Source: Hydrolagus colliei (taxonomy: Eukaryota). From it: DNA of 64,000 bases. Both the position numbers and the translations under genes were made by a program. The stretch covers positions 5,270,001 through 5,334,000 of the forward strand of contig CM068747.1 of assembly GCA_035084275.1 (NCBI GenBank), given 5' to 3'. The notes under the pieces were generated by a model, which saw only the letters and a list, made by a program, of their open reading frames with translations, did no database searches and had not been told where the DNA came from. This document shows positions 38,635 through 51,882 of this stretch, piece by piece. How positions within the stretch are numbered: position 1 is the stretch's first letter; each line of letters starts with the position of its first letter.

Positions 38635-38722
38635 CAGCCACTTGTTCCTGCTTCCAATCATTATCCAGTCAGCCCAGATGAAAAGTGTGCAAGTGTGTAA
38701 AAAAAAGCTTGGCTGTGATATT
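38635..38722 (+). mobile_element. LF-SINE-like central fragment
   Basis: gttcctgcttccaatcattatccagtcagccc..tgaaaagtgtgc...gcttggctgtgat. Confidence 0.5.
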
Positions 38723-39302
38723 GAGTTGGTTTAATTGCCTCCTGACAGATGCTGGGGAGGTTTTGGGGAGACAATTGGGAAAACAATTACCACTGATGGA
38801 GACATATTTAGGAATTCCCCAAGGCTTTGAGCAGACAAGACTACATTTCAGTCAATAATCCATCATCGGGTTTGCTGTTTGCAATGATACAGGCATCCCC
38901 TGCCTCTATTTTTGGCATCTCCAACAGCTTTTGAAATGGGCAGCAGAACGGGTACCAGCACCCATGAAGAGGCACAGTTCTGATCTGAACCCTGATAGGA
39001 AGTCAGCACAAGAATTTCAGTGAAGTAATTTCATCTTTCCTGGCTTCGGCTCAAGATGATATCGGCTGCAAAGATTTACGAGATTTCAAAACTACCGCAT
39101 AACTCGAGAGCATTTGGGAAACCGGTAAATCTTTCCTTTCTCTCCCTCCCTTCCTTGACTATCAAATATTCTGCTACTGATGGACAATAGGCCAACTCTG
39201 AAAAACACCATCTTTTGGTAAATAGACAATAACTGTACCAGCCTTTGAGAGGAGAGTCATTCACAACTTCATCACTTTTTTTTAACATTGTGTCTACACT
39301 AG

Positions 39303-40152
39303 TTGGCAGCTCAGTTTGTGGCACTTTCACCTCTGAGTCAGAAGATTGTGGGTTCAAGTCTCATGTCAGGACTTTGAATAGTTTAATCTGACACTCCAAT
39401 ATAGTACCAGGGGTGTGCTGCATTGGTAGAGATGCCGCCCTTCAGATGAGAGCCTAAACTGAGGCTCTATCTGCTTAGATAGGTGGATATAAAAACTAAG
39501 AATGTTGTGTTTTATAGCGGTGCGTGAATTGTGTGCTAGATGGGCTGGTTTACTAAAAAGAGAATCATTAAAACAAATTGTATTTGATTGCTGTGTTTTC
39601 AGCGTGGCACATTGTGAAGAGAGAGAGAAAAAAAACATAATTGCTGTACAAGATTGCTAGTTCTGAATTGGTTATATTAGAGAAAAGTATTTTTGTTATA
39701 TTAACAGTTCAGTCTTATGGTGACGTGTGAAAAATAAGTAGTGCTTATAGAGCAATGGGAAGGAGTGAGCAAATCAACAATGCTCTCAACTACAGTCTCT
39801 CCTTCAACACCATGAAAATGGAAAGATTCAAAGCACAATGTTTTCTCTGTTCCCATTGCTAAAATAACACGACCGTATCTTCCAGGGTTTGTTTTCATCC
39901 TTGGTTGTCCATTTTCTTGGGAAAGAAATGGATGCTAAAGATCCAATGGAGATTTGAAGGGAGATTCCCTGATCAACAATTTCCAAAATGAAAAAAAATG
40001 CAGTCATTCATTTCACGGCTGTCTGTGGGACATGGTTGTGTACAAATTGGCAGCCGTGTTCACCAACAAATACTTCACAGCAAATCCCATGAAGGGCTTT
40101 GGGACATTCTCCTAACCTGAAAGGCATTATACCAACTGCAAGGATTATTATG
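39303..40152 (+). mobile_element. Deu-domain SINE in two pieces (39303-39494 and about 39928-40152) separated by ~430 bp of unrelated sequence
   Basis: The 5' piece ends ggtggatataaaa and the 3' piece resumes tggatgctaaagatcc, at the same consensus position. Confidence 0.65.
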
Positions 40153-43100
40153 ATAAGGTGGTCCAATGACTCGTGTGCATGACATGGGGTCCAATGACAT
40201 GGGGTTATGAAGACGGTAGAGCCATATGAGCTACAGTGGGTTTGAGTGATGGGCAATTGACAGTGACCAGCAAAGTGACCCAGGGTAGCCTTTGGTAGCC
40301 TTTACCATCCATATACCTCCACAACATCATCCTGATCAGCGTAGACCTTTGCACATGGAATGAATTCACGATCCACATTGAGATATCAACATTTTCGCTT
40401 TGTGGAGGAAAATGCTTTCCCACACACCTTAACCCCCTCACTCTCTTTTCTTACGTGCTCTAGATGCTATCCTGCATGAGGGTGCTATTTAGATGCAAGT
40501 TGTTGTTGTGCATCTGTATCTGGAACTAAATATTTCACGAATGCACAGCAGCATTCTGTTGTTCCCCCCAGGAATCATTCAATGCGTACAACATAAAGGA
40601 TAGCAGAGTAACTCTGTACTCTCCCCCCTTTCAGTTGAACTTTGCATGGGTTTTAAAACGTAGTCTCTCTCACCGTCTCTTCGTCTCAAGTTATGAAGAT
40701 ATGATCCCAAAAGGATATCACATTTCACAGGTTGCTTCATTATTATGAATACAACCTTTCATCGCAAATTATTAATGGATTATTAACCGTAACCAGCATA
40801 TCCTGCCCAAAGTACATTGACCTCAGGTGGTCTGTGCAAATAGTACTGCTCTTTGTAACTTGAAGAATGCAGAGGCTAATAGCAAATTCCCCCCTCTCCT
40901 CCACCCCCCAACCACATGTTCTCTCATTCGTGCCTGAAAGATACAAATCAATGTTGAGACCGATCTTGTTCTCAACAGCATTGACAGCCAAGCATCATTT
41001 GGAAAACAATCAAGAACAGAAGCTAGACAATTTCTTTCTACCCCCCGCCAAGCCCAGGGACACTGGCTCAACCTCTAGCATATCTTGTACTGTTCTGGCC
41101 GAAGATAACAATCAAACAAGGGAGCTTCCTGTTCTGTATCACTCAGTAACACACCATTGGGCAACTGCAGGAGCTGGGGTTTAGGAAACGAGGGAGGCGA
41201 ATTCTTTGCCACTGACAAATGGAAGCCTCGGAGTTGGAAATACACAAAATTAACCTTTTAATTGCTTCACATTCGGACATTGTCCCCCAAATTATTACAC
41301 ATCCAGTATTGGCAGGGCATGGGAACAAGCAACTCAACAAGTCCAGTCGAATACTCTACTGCGTTTGTAAGGACAAGGAGACACATAAAAAAGTAATAGT
41401 AAAAATGGAGAGGATTAAACTTCCGAGAGCCTGTGAAGACTACATTCAATGATGCACTGAATCCCTGTAGCTGGGAAAGTTGCTCAAGCATTGAGCAGCT
41501 GCAGGATGGATGCCAAGCCAAGCACTGTAAACACTGTAGAGTTTTGCAGATTCTTTACTCTGTTTGAGACACACAGTCACGATCTCCACAAAGAAAGAAC
41601 GCAGAGCCAACTTCCAAACACGGATCTCCATTACAGAGTCCAGCACATGCTCTGCAAATAGATTCTTGGACATTCACGCAAATGGTGTGGAAATGTTCCA
41701 AAATTCCTTCGGGAGGTCTGAGCAAGGGCAGGCAAAACATTAAAGCGATTTGCTCACTATTCATCCACTGCACTATTTTTATTTCATTCGAAAAGGAGCC
41801 ACACAGAGCACCAAACAACATCTGCCTAATGCACCTTTTCACCTAATGGTAATCACAAAATGGGTTTAAAATAAAGCTACAATCCACCCAAGGGACATTG
41901 ATCATCGTTAAAGCCAAAGGACAGAGGCAAGCATCCCATTTCTGCCTGTTTCCATCCACTTCGGTCCTTGCTCTCAGTCTTCGTTTCTATCTACCACATC
42001 AGAATTTAGCTTGAACTCACATTAAGCCACATTGAGCAGCCGAAATTTGAAAACTAAAGCAAATTTCAACTTTTTAAAAAAAAATTACATACCAAGTTTG
42101 AAACCAAAGTTATTTTACACAACACAATTGTGAATCCTGGTTTGCAGATTGGTAATAACCCAAACTATCAACTGCATTTTCATTTTGAAGATAAGCTGGG
42201 CAATGGGAAAGCTCTTGTTACAATGTGCTTTGTGGTTTACTTACTACGGTTAACATCTTGACATATTTCTAAACTTCAAATCCAAACTTGCAACATAACA
42301 TGATCAAAATGTTCCCCTCTCTCCTTCCCCACTCCCCCCCCACCCCCACCCCACACATCCCTCCCCCAGTCTGAACTGTCCTTGAAATCACACCGCTCTG
42401 TTTTCTAAAAGAGGACTAGGAGTTTGAAGCACGGTCTTGTATTTTCTGGCATGATGGGTGCTGATGGAGTTGGCCGGCATGTGTCCAGCAAGGCACCAGC
42501 CATGTGATTGGTGCTCTCACGAGTCAGAAACGCTGGCTGGCGACTGCTCTCGATCGTGCCCTATTATTAGGTGGGTTGGAATTTTGTGGAACCCAAAGTA
42601 TTGTAGTACGTATTGATTGGGTTCTACTATAATCACAATCTCCCTATCAACCACATTGGAAAAAGTGCTTCATTTATACACTGGTACCACAAAACTGAAC
42701 GGAAGAGAATCACTAAAGCGCTCTAAGATGCTACCTTGGGCGGAGAGTGCAATATCAGTGCAAGTTAATTGTTGGAATTCTCAACGAGGCTGCACAGAGT
42801 AACCAGGACAAAGAGAGAAATTTTCAGGCTGGTCTCTTCCTATAAAACAATGAATTTATTTATTTTAAAAAAAGCATAGAGATGAAGTTAATTTTAATGA
42901 AATTACCGTATCCATTACTCGCTTTGTGAATCTTAAATGAATTATCTTGACCCAGATGATAATCATTTTTACAGGAAGAACGGCGTCACTTTTACCACAG
43001 CTCAAGCAGTAAACAAAACTGCCAGCACTCCCAAATACAATGTAATGCTGCCACCTACGCTTCCAGCTGCAACACAGCGCTGACACTCATGCTCAAAAAG

Positions 43101-43249
43101 GACAGCATAAAATAAAACAGCCATTCATGAGACACGTATATGTATTAATATCCTAAATACGAAACTAGGCTAAGTTTGCAGCCTTGAATTCACTTCAGAG
43201 TTTTGATAAATTCTATAACTTCCATAGAACTATAGTAAAGGAGAAAATG

Positions 43250-43410
43250 ATTCAGAATGTTTTTTGTGGGACTTTGCTACGTGTAAATGTTTGCCCATTT
43301 GTCGACAAAATGGACAGCAGCGGATTTCACAGTTAGGTTCTGTGAAGCACTTTGAGATGTCTTGATAAATGTGATAAGACGCTACATCAAATTCAAGGAC
43401 TTTATTGTAT
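43250..43410 (+). mobile_element. SINE 3' fragment, degraded
   Basis: tttgtgggactttgct...ctgtgaagcactttgagatgtc...gctacatcaaattcaagg. Confidence 0.6.
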
Positions 43411-46123
43411 TTTCAGCTCATCAAAGTGAAAATGATGCTCGCTCATCCACTTGAACCAATTCCTTAATCTTTTCTCATGCTCTTTTATACTGTCTCACTT
43501 CAAAAGTGTATCAAATTCCCTTTTAAATGTTGTGCAACCTAAGTATCAAATAGCCACTTGAGGCAACGCATTGAACATGATGTGTGCGTACTTTTTAAAA
43601 AAAACTTTTATTGGCATCTTCAAAGTTCATAGATGGACAAGTCATGCAGTCACATGGAATTCACATTGGAATTCACATGGTAGTCAAATTGCAGTCAATT
43701 ATGTAGAGACAGGTACACATTGGATCGTTAGATATTCTGGGTACTTTCTGGTTGCCAGAAGCAACTCAGTGCAGATGATTGGCAGTACACATAGTGTCAT
43801 TGATCCATGGAGAAAGTCAATGCAAGTCTGGCCACAGTTGAGGTGCAACGTGACCAGCGTTCACACATCACCTCAGTCGCTTGCCGCAAATACAAGCTGG
43901 TATCATCACAGGACCACTCATTAAATCTTACGTCCTGGGTAGCTTTATTAGCCTGCCACAGTCACACCCGTTATATTGTGCTCAGAATGGCAAAGTACGG
44001 CCTTAAAATTTTATTAATAAAGAACAAATGTCTATCAATAAGTTTAAAGCAGTAATTTAATCTCAGGTTTTGCTGATGTTCATTAACCACTCGACCCGCA
44101 CTCTCACAGTTTGGGCCATTGTCAGAACCACGCTTATTGCCTTGTAACTCACTGCCTGTCACCTAACATTGTGCACGCATATGGTCTGTATTAGTCAAAT
44201 CTAAGATTATTCTATGAAAAAATCTACGTTGAGTTGATGTCTGTGTGTGCCCATGTGTGAAAGTCAGCATTCTATTTTTTTAAAAATCAGATCAGATATC
44301 AAAACGATCATTCACACAGGCACTGTGACTTGATGAATAAGCACAGGTTTGTGTTCTGCTGAGTGCAGGGGTAACACGACACTGTGGTCTGAGCCCCAGA
44401 ACAGTTACAGCCATTGCACATTTCAACACAGATTTGGAAGGTCTTAAGTCACTACGTGTCTTCATCAAAACCAGTATAAAACGTGCCAGAGACTTGCTGA
44501 CAAGCCCTGAATTGCTTGAGATCCACTTTCAGCAGTTTAGTGTTAATATTGTAGCGGGCTAGCCTTAGTGAAACACTACAGCTTGGTTTGTAGACTCTTA
44601 AGCACGGTGGTGGTTTTCCACCCGGCTGCCGAAAAAAAATGAGGCAATATTAATGCAATATTCTGATACAGTTTAAACTATATATTTTTTAAGTCCTTTT
44701 TTTTAAGAAATCAGACTTGCTTGTTGCTTTGTTTGAAATTTAATTTCCATATGGTTATTATTGCCCAGGTTACTAACAAATTGAATAACTTTCACAGAGC
44801 TTTCTATACCTAGAGCTCCACTTTCAGCTGAACACTTTCATTACTGTGCTACTCGGCTACGCTGTAAGAACAGTTACAATTTTGATTTTAAATGATTATT
44901 GCCTAATGAATCGGCGAATTCAACCAATTCCTTCTAGTCCATTGAAGCAGCTGGGCTTGCTTGGACTAGTAAATTATTTTATTGTACTATCAAAACAGAG
45001 GTTCAGCCATAGCTTTTAGGAGAAGATTTCTCAGAGGAATCAGAACGTAAACAGCAGCAAGCAATCCCCAGGGCACAAACAGGTCCCAGCAAGCAAGCAA
45101 ACTACGAAAAAGGTATACAGGGACACATTATCCCAAAAATATAAGCTCATACGCAGCAATACTTCATCCAAACAGCAATATTAGTTACTACAGTAGTAAT
45201 ATTACAAGAGTATAAGACTGCAGCCAGCAATACATTATCTGGACAATATACTGTACTAGTTACCAGCAATCTTTCTGAGAGGTTCTTATTGCTAACAGCA
45301 CATATTACATCAATAAGGTCAAGCCCAGGAGCACCCAATATTCACAAGGTCTTCATTCAGTTATGATTATAAGGCTTTAAATACAGTTGACTCCACCATT
45401 GATTATTAAGATTTACCATACAAGGGCACCATTTATATGGATTATCACAGATTACTGCGAACTGAACACGGCCCATTAAAAAAGGGTGAGTGTGCATATT
45501 TCACACGATGAAAGCTAAAATTAGTGCAACTGAGTGACACACAAAGGCACACAGACAATTATGAAAGAGCAGGTAAGCCAGTGGCAAATTTACAACATAA
45601 GTTATCAATTTATTATAACACCCATCAATTCTGAAAATTGGGCAGGTTTCTTTACTTTGAAGCATCATCTGTTGTTAATTCCGAGGTCAGTGGGCTGAGG
45701 ATGAGTTTTTAGCATGGTAACGACTAGGGAACCAAGGTCAGGATGACTATCTCCCAGCAAAGCTTTGAAGGTTTAAAAAAAAACGATCTAAAGCTTTTCT
45801 CCAAACAGTGCGTTTTAATGCTCTTTAAGGCATCCTAACATAACTAGCCCATCTCTCCAGTAGACTGTGACCAGTCAAGTACACACACACCTTACTTTCT
45901 CTGAATGGTAACAGGGAAAAACCAGCAAAATAAAACACAATATCACAACTCACATCAGTTTACATCATGTGCAGCTTCTAAAGTCACGAGAACGTAACTT
46001 TTGTAACTTATTTTGGAGTTGTAGTACCTATCAACACTTCACAATACTGTACTGTAGTACTGGCCTAATACAGTGGAGGAATCAGGTCACATTTACACAT
46101 GTAACTGGAATGCTGCCCTATAC

Positions 46124-46196
46124 TAATAACAACAACAAAAACAAGTTGTATTTATATTGCGCCCTTCACACCGGTCGGTGTCTCAGAACGCTTATA
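46124..46196 (-). mobile_element. Ultra-short L2 3' tail
   Basis: (AAC)n tail then gtatttatattgcgcccttcacaccggtcggtgtctcagaacgctt, including the terminal stem-loop. Confidence 0.7.
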
Positions 46197-46754
46197 GGGC
46201 GTCCGAGACAGTATCTGTCTCTAGGGGCAGAATGGTCTAAGATTCTTAGACCATTAAGAATGGTCTTAATTCTAAGATCTACTTTTGATAGGGGTGGTAG
46301 GGAGGGCTGTGAGATACAGGATTCAAATTAAAAATAATTAGATTTCTAAGGAGACTTGAGCTTGCACACGAGGCAGAGGGAGAAACCATTGAGACGTTCG
46401 CAATCTATAATTTGTCAAATGGTCACAAATGGTGTCTGTACAGGATCACTGAGGTTCATCCACCTGAATATAATTAGAATGGTCTGATCAGTAAATCTTG
46501 GGACCAATGACTGAGAACAAAACATCCAGTATTGGCACTCAACAGCACGTTTAATGATGTTGACTTAAAGCCTGGGAGTTGAGCCTAATTTTATATCAAG
46601 GCCCAAAGGAAGCTACTTAAAAGTGAAAACAAAGCCACAGTATTTGGAGTTGGTAGATGAAATGAGTCACTAAATGGTGTACAATGCCGGTCGAGAATGG
46701 ATATTATTGCACGCAGCATCGAAAATAAAAAGGGGGCCTTGTGTACTAATACAA

Positions 46755-47010
46755 AAATAATAATTCTTGCATTTAAGATAGCGGCTTTTCACATCTTTTA
46801 GACATCACAAAGTGCTTTGCAGAATATACCGTAAAGTGAATTGACTGTGTTTTGTGGGCGTAACGTGGCAGACAATTGGCAAACAGAAGTGTCCCACAAA
46901 CAGTCATGGATTGAGTGTTTTTCTTGAGGGATTATTATCAGGTGTGGAGTAAGGAAACTTGACCAAGGTTTAGCCCTGCCTGGAATCGAACCGAGGTCTG
47001 TCGCTTGTGA
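46755..47010 (-). mobile_element. tRNA-derived SINE (11929 family), head partly missing
   Basis: Colinear with 54891 and 60265 from the tail to the B box (ggaatcgaacc). Confidence 0.85.
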
Positions 47011-47484
47011 CCATCAGGCAGTGATGCAGCCTTTTTATTCCAATCTCAAACACACAAACCTGGGGTCAGAGCCACCCAAGAGCTCATACTCTTTACAGGG
47101 TGTGTTGTGTGGAGCCATTGCGATGATCTGTCAGTTGCTGACTGTGGGGGATTCAAAGCCAACAAGGATATGACGCAAACCCACCCGATCTGTAGCATGG
47201 CAATGTGACTCGTTCCCCGTGGCTCGTTAATGACCCACTTGAAACGTTAAGACCGAATTCAGCAAATTTGCCAACTTCTAAACTTGAATCTTCAGTCAAT
47301 CCAGGCCCTTACTTATTGCTTGCTAGGTAAGCAGAAGTGTGCGAGGTAAGGAAACGTCCAGCGTATTGCCCTGCTGGGTACTCTCCAAGATCGCCTTCCA
47401 AAGTCATACAAACTCAATGTATCAAAAAAAGGTATTCGGGTTTTGGGATGGCAGAGCAGTTAAGAATCTGATCTGAAGCCACAA

Positions 47485-47700
47485 CAGATAGATAAAATAG
47501 AAAGAAAGGGGTGACAAAATAAGAGTGACAGAGGGAGGTTTGGGCTGGAGGTAGATTCCAGAGGTTAGGGTCATAGGAATTGGATGGATTGTCAATCTAT
47601 GGTGACAAAGAGAGGCCAGGGAACATGTAGCACATTCGAGATAGCTGAGCAGAGGGGGAAGAATTTGATAACTACTCGAAGGAATCTGGGAACACTTGAG
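47485..47700 (-). mobile_element. Old L2-like internal fragment
   Basis: Purine-rich gagggaggtttgggctggaggtagatt...ggatggatt; the minus strand gives a PMTLTSGIYLQPKPPSV-like remnant. Weak. Confidence 0.35.
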
Positions 47701-48139
47701 TACTAAAAGGAAAGAAAAAATCAAGCGCAGTGGAAATATGAAGAACATAAAGATAAAAGTTCGCCTCATGCCTGGAGAAATTATCGAGGGCTCAGCCAAG
47801 TATTTCAACGGTTTAAAAATATCCTCTGTTAAGTCAGAGTCTCCATGGTTACCAAGCATATTAACCATCGGGCCCGCAACCAGCTTCTAATATAAAAAGC
47901 TGTAACCTTTCCAGATTGAACTCCACCATCACCACTTAGCAGTGAATAAGACTGTTAGCAAAAACATTTAATAAATTCCTTAGAAATATTCCATTATTCT
48001 TCAGCAGCCAGCACAATAACAGCGCATTTGTTATTAGTCAAACTGATGTTTTGTCCTCTCTTTTCTCCCAATGTTAACAGCGTGGGTTTCTTTTCTCTCT
48101 TGCTTTCTCAAAATGTACGTGACTTCTCGATGCTTGTGC

Positions 48140-48400
48140 TGGTTCCGATGGGGGTTCCTTATGGTACCTCATCGCAAGTAGCCATTATTTGTATATCAGC
48201 CTTAAGAGAGTAATCAGTAGATTAGTGAACCACAAGGCACATTGCAGTGGAGCCCGAACCAGTCCTCATCTTATAATCCATTTCCACTTTCCAGTCGGAG
48301 AAAGAACCCTGGATGCCCTTTCCTCCTGGGTAATTAGTGTCAATGCAGAGGCTCACAACCAAAGAATGGCAACTTGGGCAATGCGCCAGAGAGGCTTATG
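48140..48400. mobile_element. LF-SINE-like minus-strand copy (48140-48335) abutting a plus-strand 3' fragment (48348-48397)
   Basis: ggtacctcatcgcaagtagccattat...agcc...gagcccgaaccagtcctca...cactttccag...gaaccctgg (minus), then aggctcacaaccaaagaatggcaacttgggc (plus). Confidence 0.6.
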
Positions 48401-49254
48401 CATTATGTAATCTCGCAAGTCACTTCATTCAGAAAGAGGGCAAGTGGTGGGGAGTGTGTGTGTGTGTGTGTGTATGGGAGGGGTGGGGGGATGCATAGGT
48501 GTGATAAAGAAAACCACACACCATATTTAGTTCCATCTTAAAATGAGAGTTGTGCTATCCAAATGGTTTTTGAGGGGGTTTCTAATATTGTATTTCTACC
48601 AATTTGTTGGCAATTATTTAGGAGAGTATGTCTCCTGATACCCCAGCAGGTCTGTCTAATCACAGGTCTTTGAGGTGAGCACCCATCACCTGGAATTCCA
48701 CCCAACTTGCTGCTCTTCTGTATTTCCCAAGGAGCTCTCAATACAGTGACAGATGTAATAAACTCAGTATCGAACTATGGCCAGTTTGGTAACAAAACAA
48801 TTCACAATTACTTTAATGCAAAAAACAGTTGATTTAAATATTCTGTGTTCTACCGAGGCATGAGGGCTTATTACTGTACATCTGAATTGTGCTTTGGGAG
48901 TAAATTACTAATTTGCTTCAGTGGAGCTTGTCACATGAACTATTGGAATCTACAAAAGACAAGCTTTTTTATGTGAGTGAGTTTGGATATCATCAGGGCA
49001 ACTGGTTTGGAAGACACACCGTCAAACAGTTGCAAAGGGAGCTGACTTAATAACAGTGGAGACACATTCATTAACCAGGCGAACTACAGCTGCCAACCTA
49101 AAGTTGTCAAACTCAAATTTGTTTCAAGCCAGGTGAAATCAGTCATATAAGTCTTAAAAATGATGCCATTTAAAAGAAACGAGGAAACAGGAGGTCAAAT
49201 TATTTGATGTTTAATAATAGATTTCGCAAAGTGCTACAAAATCATTAAATTTGT

Positions 49255-49465
49255 AAGCCTGGTCAGAAGTTCAAGACCGATATCAGGATTTTAAACTCAC
49301 ATAGCCAAGGATGACATTGCAATACAATGCTGGGATGGGGCTCAACTATTGAAGATGCTATCTTTGGATGAGGCATTCAACTGAGGTTCCAACTGCCTGA
49401 ACATGTGGATGTTTTACAGTCACTGCACTTTACAGTAAATCCAGTAAAGCACTTTGAGAAGTTAT
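49255..49465 (+). mobile_element. Deu-domain SINE with internal deletion
   Basis: gatgctatctttggatgaggcattcaactgagg...gtggatg joined directly to the cagtcactgcactttacagtaaatcc tail. Confidence 0.6.
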
Positions 49466-50101
49466 TAAGTGGTTCCACTCACTAGACTTTTAAATACAGG
49501 ACTGTGTTGATGAATGGGTTAACCATGCAGATGAAGGGATTTTTTTTTAAATTGTTAAAGTTATCTTGCAACAAGCTGCAATTAAACAGCACTTAATGCT
49601 GCATGGCACAGAAACCCCTGATTATAGCTTTGAGCTGCATTTCCTGATACCCAAGTCAATGTGCCCTGCCGTACCTATTCAGAGTCAGTTTCCACTGAGC
49701 ACAGACTTTAGAAAGGCTTTAAATTGGAGCCCCAGTGGCAAGGGGGAACAGGAAGCAGCGACAAAGAGCAAAGGCTCATTTCCAAAAATTGCTCCATAAA
49801 TTGCTCTAATTATTTTAATGGCTGCACATAAAGGGTTCATTGACAAGATCTGCTTCCCGCCCCCAAAGTTACTTGCGTTGTATAGAAACCATCAATTGAT
49901 GGAAGTCAATAATGCTCAATTTTTGTTGTATCCTCTCATTCCCCCACTCCACCCCTCCCTTTAAGAAGCAGGATCAAGCTCAAATTAAACATTTGATTGG
50001 TGCAATTCAAAATTCATTCTTTAACAGCATTAGCTTTCAGGGACTGAATGACAGGCATTTGAGTGTTAGGATTATTCTGGTTCTCTTGATCACGGCAAGT
50101 T

Positions 50102-50290
50102 TCATAGATTCGTAGAAATTTACGGCTCGAAAGGAGGCCATTCGGCCTGTCAAGTCTGCAGCAGCTCTCAGAGTCAACTGTCCTTTCCATGTTACATTCT
50201 CTCCCTCTCGAGTATGCCACAGTTCCATACTCCATAAAGCCTTTATCTTTCATGTACCCGTCTACTTCACGTTTGAATCGCTCAGTATGG
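50102..50290 (-). mobile_element. CR1 3' tail
   Basis: catagattcgtagaaatttacggctcgaaaggaggccattcggcc. Confidence 0.8.
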
Positions 50291-50451
50291 TTTCAGAGTT
50301 GACTGGAGTAGAGTTGATTTGCTCTTCAAGTTTTATTTCAACTCTTAGTGAATGTTTGAAATAGAATAAACTCCTGAGAACTAGACACTCCAAGGGAAAG
50401 AGGCTCAGTAAAGAGTTATCCATAGTGGCCAGTTACACATACAAAAAGGCG

Positions 50452-50502
50452 CACACACACACACACACACACACATACACACACACACAAACAAACAAAC
50501 AC
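50452..50502. repeat. (CA)n then (AAAC)n microsatellite
   Basis: Visible. Shorter (CA/GT)n runs occur at about 5599-5616, 22030-22054 and 48454-48473. Confidence 0.95.
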
Positions 50503-51882
50503 ATAAATGTGGCCAGGATATTGACAGACTTAGTGGTAATGACAAGTTAAGCTAACTATCAGTAGTATACTGTACCTCTCTAACTAACTGCTCATTCATA
50601 CTCACACACACACTCGCACACACACTCTCCTCCATTCATTGTCTGTGTAACATTGCAACCTCAAACTAAACACACTGTGGCATGGACTCACCTTTGGAGG
50701 TACCTGTACTTTGGCAGTTGGTTTAAATCGAGATAAGTGGTAGCTATTTATTGCTTATTAAAAAAAAGTCTCCGGAAACGTTTTCATAACAAATTGAAAC
50801 GTTTTAAACAATGAAACACTGTCTCACCCACAGAATACTATGGGGTGAAATTGTAGACAAGGCAGTTATTTTATTTTGTTTAATTAAAAAAAGTCGCAAT
50901 ATAAGTTTTCATAACAAACTGAAATTTGCCTGAAAATCCAATCAGGCATAACAGTACATTTTCTCTTTCTTAATTCTTTATTGAAAACTTCAACAAGGGA
51001 AAAGAGATATATGTTCATGTTGATTTTAAAAACAGTCTCAAAGACTCAAAACACTGATCCCATTAAAGAGTTAATGGTCTCGCAAACTAGGCATACGAGA
51101 AGGAAAGGAGGAACTGAGTGAACTAAGGCACACAGCTTTTCTTTTCATAATCCAACATCTGGATAGATCTCGTCAAATAAATGTACAGCGCACGCCAGGG
51201 AACTCTCCCTAATGAACAATGGACTGAAGTCAGAGTTCAGACATCTCAATGTGTCCAGTGACAAAACAGGAATTCCCTGGGGACTTTTTCTTTAAAAATG
51301 AGGCCCTTGCCTTATGTAATGTTAATCCACAGTAAGGTGGTCTTTCTCTCGTCCACTCGGTTTCTCCGCCCAAGAATCCCACCACCATTTGAAGTCTTAC
51401 AACTGGCTTTTCCCGGGAGCAGTCCCCAACTTTCATGTCAGCCTGAGAGACTCCAACCATTTAATCAGCAGAACCACTGAGTACACATTCATTTCACATT
51501 TAATTTTTAGTTTTGTGCACGGGTTATACTACAACATTTTTAACAAGTTTTCTGTAAAACAAAATGTGCTTCCCGTTCTCTTTACTTCCCCTACCCACCC
51601 TCACTCCCCCCCCAATTGCACAGTAGGAAACCATGATAAGCCCACGGAGGCTCTGGTTGATTTTATACAGTCTATCCTTAAAAGATAGAAAGGTTTGTAC
51701 TGAATCACTAACCTGCCGGCTGGATTGCATCACAATGACATTATTCCCTCCCTACCCACTGTCTGCTCAAGTTGAAATTCTGCTGTTCTGGACACTAAAC
51801 AGGCCAATATTGGAATCTCTGTTAACCATGTAAAACATGTGCTGTTAACCATGCTTTTTAAACTGTACCATTAACAGTGCCA

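Noticed and set aside
41600-41730. Minus-strand EGILE peptide as the missing PARD3B exon 2 (DGGILD)
   Set aside because: Flanking residues do not fit HHLE..DGGILD.DD or EDKDK, and there is no 102-nt exon with proper splice sites.
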